Positions 56,971 to 64,000 of a stretch of DNA of 64,000 nt are shown piece after piece. Origin of the DNA: Okamejei kenojei (taxonomy: Eukaryota). The stretch is taken from positions 15,500,001-15,564,000 of the forward strand of contig CM069164.1 in NCBI GenBank assembly GCA_035221665.1. The letters run 5' to 3'. The notes under the pieces were generated by a model, which saw only the letters and a list, made by a program, of their open reading frames with translations, had not been told where the DNA came from and searched no databases. Both the position numbers and the translations under genes were made by a program. How positions within the stretch are numbered: the first letter of the stretch is position 1; each line of letters starts with the position of its first letter.

Positions 56971-59900
56971 CCCCAACTCCTCTTCCAGTTCCCTGATCTT
57001 TCTAAAGTTGAACTGGAGTATTTAATGGGGAAGCTGATAAGTCACGGTTGAATGTTTGATGTGACAATGAACCAGCATCGCTGCCTCAATGCCGCACACC
57101 CAGGCTTTCAGGAGATGGAGCGAGGGCATCAGTCTTACTATCATCATCGACACATTTCATAGGAACAGCAGGTGGCAGTGTTTCCAATACCAACCAACAA
57201 TACCCAGGATTCCCATTGCAAAGCACTCTGAAAACCAAATCCGGATACGATCGAGAGCTTTCAATTAAAACAGCAGCCACACTAATCCAAGCTGCGTCCC
57301 AGAGGAAATGACTCATTCATTTCTCCACAAGCCCCTGACTCAGATTTATCACTCACACTGTTACTCAACTTCAACATATGCCAAATTTCCTAACCCTCTC
57401 TCCTGAAAACTCACTCCCAGGGGACACAAGGCCTGAAACATCCGACTACGCAGAGGATCTTTCCCGATATTGGGGTTAATGACATTGATCACACCCATTC
57501 CTTACAGTTACTGTTGTAACCACCCCCAGATATTGTGGCATGTAGCAAGCTGAGCATACTTGCACAACAATAGTTAGCGCACTTTTGAAATATTTGTTAC
57601 ACTATACTTACCAGCCACCAAAGTACCAGAGTTACCACATATAAGTGTCGGACAAAGGACTGAAGCTTATACACAAGCACGCACTGCACCACCATGGAAT
57701 ACCCAGGGTTTTCCCCCCCATTTGTGGCAGTGTGTTGAACAGATATTGGTTTCAATGATAGTCAGTAACTGGGATTAAAAGGGCTCCTACATTGGCCTCT
57801 CGTGGTGCAGAGGCCAGCTCCACCCCTCCAAGGGATGAAGGATTCAACCGTCACCCACAGAGTCAAGCACAGAACAATGCAGGCCGGTGCTCTGGTGCCG
57901 TACAGACCTGACACAGCTTCCAGGCAAACTTTAAACCACTTCTCTGATGGACAGAAGGGTTCTCATGGTTCAATTTGGTTGGGGAGGTATCCCCATATTC
58001 CTCAAACAGATTATACACTCGATTACACCGATTATGGGAGTTTGCTGGACAAATGACTACCTTGTTTCTGACATCTTACAGGCACTACACATCAGATATG
58101 TTTCATATTCTGTAAAGCATTCAGGGGTAACCAGCAAGGGTCAAAGAAGATCCTACAAAAATGCAACTTCTTTTAACAAATGGACATTGAGGGGACATCT
58201 GCCAGTCCCAAGGATTACTATTCCCTGAAGGTTTAAGACCCACCAACAGACTCAGTCTATAGAGAGCTGCACTCACTTCTGCATCAAGAGAGGGAACCCT
58301 GGAGCATGTGTTGTACCTAATGAGATGCCGCACCTTCGGAAAGGAGAACATATGACAAAGTAAAGGCAGACCCCAGGGAATGTAATGAACAGAAGTTCAT
58401 GCAGTTGTCATCAATTCCAAAAGATTTAAAAAAGGTGAAATCTAAACAACTCAAGATGGCATCTGAACCTTCCCCCATACACACCAACGAACGACACTTT
58501 CAACGTAGAATCTCTACAATGTCCTCAGAGGATTGAACCTACTGTGGATTTCCCCAACAACATGAAACTACCTCGCAAAACACAGTGCGATGTTCACCAC
58601 TACATGTCCTCAAAAACTGGGAAGATTTTTTAGGACAAGCCTCAGGCCCACATCCTGCTCTCACCCCCGGTACACTTGCTATCTTAAATGGGCCATGGCA
58701 AGGTAATTGATCAATTACAAATTTACCCGCTTTTTATAAGCAGATCTGAGCAGAGAGATTATCTGTGCAGTCACTATAATGGTTAATTATTTTCTAGTGC
58801 TGTCGTGATATTCTGTAGTTATCAGTGAACTCAGTGGTGTTGTATTTCCAGTCCTGATAAATCGCAGTAATGGTTTGTACATTCATAGAGCTCAGTACTT
58901 TGTCCACACACAGCTTCCTGACATTCTTGAGATTAGACGTAGATTGCCTAGAGGGAACGAGGTCTGTGTGGACAGGAAGGATGGCTCAGAATGCGGAGCG
59001 AAAAAAGGATCAATGCTGACTCACAGACTGACACGCATTACCCACCACACTTCATTACAGCCAAAGCCAAAAGACCACTCGACCCACTTTTCAGTAACCT
59101 ACCTCTGACAGAAACAAGTGTTAGTCTATAGATTCCCTTTCTAGAATGAAATGCAGCAGTTAATTTATCTGCTAGACGCCACAGAGAGTCACATGCACAA
59201 AGTCTTCATCACTCTCAACAGCCATATCTGGGCTTTGCCTCCAGCCAGTTGACACTTCAAGGCACCTACCCACAGCTTGACAAACCAAAGTGCTTCACGA
59301 CTAGTGATGCCCTTGCAAAATGTGTTCACTGTTGGAACATGGCAAACACTAATCAAGTTACAAGTAGCTTGAAAAAATAAATGACCAGATAACTGGGTGT
59401 TTTGTGCATGAACACAAGTTTGAACCCTGGGATCCTATGAACCTATCCCATTGGCCTGGTCTTTTCTGTATCAAAGCAACAGAACATATATCAGCTCAAT
59501 ATAAGCTCCATCTGAGAGACAGGTTTCAGGAAGCTCTGCCTCAGGAAGGCAGCCAATATCACACACCCACATCGCCCTGGCTATGCTCTCAACTTGCTGC
59601 TGCTGTCAGAAAGGTGGTACAGAAGAACCATGACCTCAGAGTTCAAGGACAGTTTCTTCCCATCAAACATCAGGCTCTGGAACTACATGCATAGCCCCAA
59701 TCAAAACCCTACTTTGCATAGCTTGCACTACACAGTTCTGCTTGCGACATTATGATCTGATTAATTAGTATGACTGATAATTTATTGTATCATTGTTTGC
59801 TGTATGTTTTTTTGTGGTGGTGTTGCGTTTAATGTGCCTGTAAAACTGCAGCAAGTACAAATGTCATGGTTTCATTCCTTGTACATATGACAACCAAACA

Positions 59901-61437
59901 CTGTTGATGGTATAGTGCTCCTTTGGTACCACACCAAGGGGGCTTGTCTCAAGGGAGAGAATTTCTCCCATTGAACCACTGCCCGAACAGAATGAATAAT
60001 TTGAGGATCAAAGAATTGGATGCAAATAGACAGCTCAAATAAAATGAATAATTTACCAACTTGTTTCTTGAAATCTCTCTCAAACAGAGCAGAAAAGCTT
60101 TGTTCTGGCTCATCCGTGGCTAAGTGCGTCATCCCTTATTGATGAAACCAACATTAACATAACTAATGGTGTGGTATAAACAGGAATAATTCATAAATAT
60201 TCCCACTGAATGCAGAACGAAATAATGTTATGTTTCACATCAAGATCTGCCAGCAGGCTACATCCGATCCATTAGGGCTGGCATGTAAAGTGTGTTTAAT
60301 TGGTTTGTTAATTGCTTACAAAAGTGGCCTTTTCCTCAAAGTACCCACATTTCTGTAGCAACAGTGACGATTGGTGCTTCTATCCACACTTTAACTGTGT
60401 TTGCATTGGGAATTATGTTCCCACTAACGCAAGTTGAGCTGTTGAATTGGGAGTAACTCCCATACTTGACTTCATAAGTTCCCTCCAGGCAGACCGATAA
60501 ATGTTCCCAAAGCACTGTCACAAGAGTGTTGGGATTGAGTGCCAGCTCCAGCAGATGTGACACTAGTGCAAATGACATATTGAGCTGTTCAAACATGGAG
60601 ATCCCAGCAGCACCTACGTGAATAGCTACTTGCACGTTTACCAATTTTGGCTGGATATATTCCTGGGGAAGAGTGGACGGAGTGAAGTACAAAGATTGGG
60701 GCAGTGGGTGACACAAGCCCAGCATCTGGGACACAGATGGTGCAGGTGGACTAGTGGCATCACATAAAGTCATCCTCTGTCTGCTCCCCTCATGACACCC
60801 AATGGTAAACCCCAGCATCCCTGACAAAGCTCACTCACCCAGCCTATTTAAAGTTTGGTCTTCACCATCATTGGCAGGGACTATGCACATTGCGCATGAC
60901 CCTTCAGCTGAGCGACTCTGCCATTGTGCATCAGGTCACCCCTGATGAAAATTCTGAAGCAGTATCTGGGAACAAGCTTTTTACAAACAAAAGGGCAGAG
61001 TTCCCCGTTTAAAATGCATCAACTTGTCCATTCGCCACAGAACACCGTGTGCTGAAGGAGGCATCAGATGTCAGTAGTGGGAGGAAATTGTGATGTCTCC
61101 TACAATGAGGCAGGTTACACCATGTTCTCTGGCAGAAGCAAGCGGCTGCCTTCTGTGTGCAGGGCTCCTCACTTTACAGCAAAAACACAGAAAAGTGGAA
61201 CTGGAGGCAAGAGAGCAAGTTTCCACATCAATTTAAAGCCAGGGTGGGGCAATCTGTTTGCCTTATAGTAGCTGACAAACACACTGTTTATTCTTCCTTG
61301 CCTTGCTGCTTCATTAGGTTTCTGTTTCTCATTCTCCTCTTTTGGTGAAGTTTCAGCCTGGGTTTGGTAAATCTCCACAGATACCATCAGGCACAGCACC
61401 CGAGATAGCCAGGAATTCCTGCAACAGCCTGGACATA

Positions 61438-63200
61438 TGGTGGAGTCAGAGTCATCGAGTCGGAGACGGAGCAATTTTGGTGCTGCTGGAGTCAGAGTCG
61501 GTAAAAAAGTCCTGACTCCGACCTCAACATATATTTCAGAGACTACTCAAATTGGGAAAAAAATCCCACTTTTTAAACAAAACGCACTCTTTATTTCCTC
61601 CCAGAAAATGAGAAATCGCATCGGCGCTGTCATCTGGCGGCAGAACGACGAGAAACAAAACGTAAACAAACGCCGTCACCAGCTGATTTCCCTCCACCTG
61701 CTACTGAGTGAACATGTCTGGATAATTTCTGAATTCAAAAGGTAAATTTAGTCATTCATTTATGGGGAAATATATTATAAATTAATACAGATTACAAATT
61801 TTCATGATTTACTGCAAAAAAAAAAAATCGTCAGTGATGATTAATTCCTTCTCAACAGCAGTAAACACTAGTCTTGGCAACGCGACAAAGAATTTGGTAA
61901 TTTTTCGTTAATACGAACCACAATTTCTACTTTCAGTGGGATGCTTGACACAATATTCTAGGTTAAAAGGTTAGTAAGGGGTTGGGTAATGACGGGAAAA
62001 ATACATTGGTTGTCATTTAGGAATAAGTATAGTGAACACCAGCTAACCTAAACTAATGGGGGCTGCATCCCCTTGACCCCCCCCTTAACCTAACCTAAAC
62101 TAACGCGGGGGGGCTGCATCCCCTTGACCCCCCTAATCCCTTAAAACAAATTTCCTATGATTATTTAATTACCAATGAATAGAGACTACTTAAGTGAGTT
62201 AGTAAAGAGAAGTAAAGTATGTCAGTTCTTCCGCAGGTAGTTACTACACTTTAACCCCATATTTTGTGATTATATATAAAAGATGTTAATAAATCCATTT
62301 CAGGCATTATTCATTCACTAATGTCATTAATTATTTTCTTTTTCAGGAAAAAAGTTTGAGTTAATTCCAAATTTCCCAAGTGAGCATGTTTGAAATCCAA
62401 AGCCCCTTTCTCAATGGCAAAGAAAACTCCAACCAGATCTGCTGTTTTTGAATATTTTATAACTACAGATAAAAAACATTTTGTATGTCAGTGTATGATA
62501 GAAGATGATGACGGTGAAAGATTGTGTGAAACAAACCTCCGTTGTTTCTCTGGCTCTGATAAAAATGCTCCAACAAGAGCTTCAAATTTGAAAAAGACAT
62601 TTGCAGCGTTTCCACCCTAAAATGTTAGAAGTTGTAAATGAGAAAGACACAAGAACCAATAAAAATCGTACAACTACATTAAAGTCAGCAAAAAAACGAG
62701 TTTCCTGAGGGACAACCCGGACAAGCATCACTTACACGGTTCATTACTACAGACAAAGTAACAGTAATAATGACCACAGAAATGTTTAAGAAACGCCTTA
62801 TCAAACTTGTAAGAAATGGTGTAGCCTTAACTTGATTTTCACAACCAGCTTTTGTAGGCCTAAATGGAGAAATGGCTAAGAAACTAGGAGTTTCCCTGGC
62901 AAGGGAGAGCATCAGAAAACGTACACTTGAAGAAGCCAAGAATGAAAAGGAAAAGCTTCGAAAAACTCTAAAGGGGCAGTTCATGTTCATTAAAATGGAT
63001 GCCACCACTCGTCACAAGGTTAACTAATTTGCCATCAATGCTAGATTTGTTGATGAAAACAATAAAATAGTAACTCGGACATTAGGAGTAAAGGACATCA
63101 AGGCACATCATGAGAGCATTTATCTCCAGAACTTAGTGGAAGAAATTTTGAAAGATTTTGAAATGAACAAAGACCAGATTCTAAGCATCGTCACCGATAA
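61438..63200 (+). mobile_element. hAT transposon, 5' half, with decayed BED-finger transposase (62414-63200)
   Basis: GGAGTCGGAG-like subterminal repeats; SAVFEYF..C.C..C..SNLK(RH)LQRFHP BED finger; FIKMDATTR and SIVTD catalytic motifs; stops and a frameshift. Confidence 0.85.
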
Positions 63201-64000
63201 GTTATGGAACATCTTTAAGATAATAAAAAACCTGAAGAAATGTTTCAGGTTGGTATCCTTCTTCAGACTGATGGAGTAGAGGAGTGCTAGCCAGCATCTA
63301 AGCATAGTTGGCCTCATCATCAGTATCTTTCACGGTATGTTTTCCCTACCGTCAAGCAGAAGGTAAAGACTGAAGTCCCACCAGGCTCAGGAATGGCTAC
63401 TTTCCTATAACCACCAGGTTCTTGAACCAATTTGCACAACCCTAATCCATCTCAACAACGGAATACGATAGTCCACCTCTTGCACTACCATGGACTAGTT
63501 TTTTTTCCAATTGTTTATTGCACTAACATCTTTGTTATTGCAGTTTTTTCTTGTACTGTCTTGCAGAATTTATGCATAATTTATATTGTGTGCTGTCTGA
63601 GTTTATGTGCCTGGGGTACTATTGCAAGCAACATTTTCATTGTAGCTGTACTTTACCGTACATGGGCACATGTCAATAAACTCAACCTGACTGGACAATG
63701 ATTTCTGACAGGCTCTTTGACTATGGATCTATCGCACCAAGTTCAATCCTGCCCATCCCATCAAATGGCCTGACATGCAGGATTTACAAGGCAGAGATTA
63801 AACAATAAGGCCCACACCTAAATATCAACTTCCTGACCATGGGGCTGAGGCTTATTACTGGCATTGACAGGCAGTAAAAAATCTCCCATTTGCCCATCCA
63901 AGCTCCTCAAAACCCAAATCGGTTGATAAGTCATCTCAATGCTTGTTACTTCATAAATTCTCTTGTGGGGTGTATTAAGAAGAGTTGCCAAGCCAAAGAT

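Noticed and set aside
57500-58700. Possible Vingi/RTE-like LINE relic (PGF..LW..LNR traces)
   Set aside because: Too degraded to classify or bound by eye

Overview
This is vertebrate genomic DNA, inferred from its repeat content (HE1/V-SINE-like SINEs, CR1 LINEs, abundant Penelope remnants) to be a cartilaginous fish such as a skate or ray. It covers the conserved ZWILCH-RPL4-MAP2K1 block. ZWILCH coding exons 1-11 lie on the minus strand and the gene continues off the left edge. RPL4 is complete on the plus strand (10 coding exons, 359 aa), head-to-head with ZWILCH. MAP2K1/MEK1 exons 2-11 lie on the minus strand, with exon 1 off the right edge. RPL4 introns carry two SNORD16/U16 and four SNORD18/U18 box C/D snoRNAs, and intron 3 is U12-type. 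The introns of all three genes are dense with transposons: Tc1, hAT, Harbinger, tandem Helitrons, CR1, Rex1, SINEs and Penelope fold-backs bearing hammerhead-ribozyme core motifs. The most notable observations are a duplicated U16 cassette with extra 18S-antisense motifs, a cryptic U12 branch/poison acceptor in RPL4 intron 4, a decayed duplicate of ZWILCH exon 5, a perfect 40-bp intronic hairpin, and no recognisable SNAPC5 at its usual syntenic position. All calls were made by eye, and comparisons to human or Xenopus sequences are from memory.
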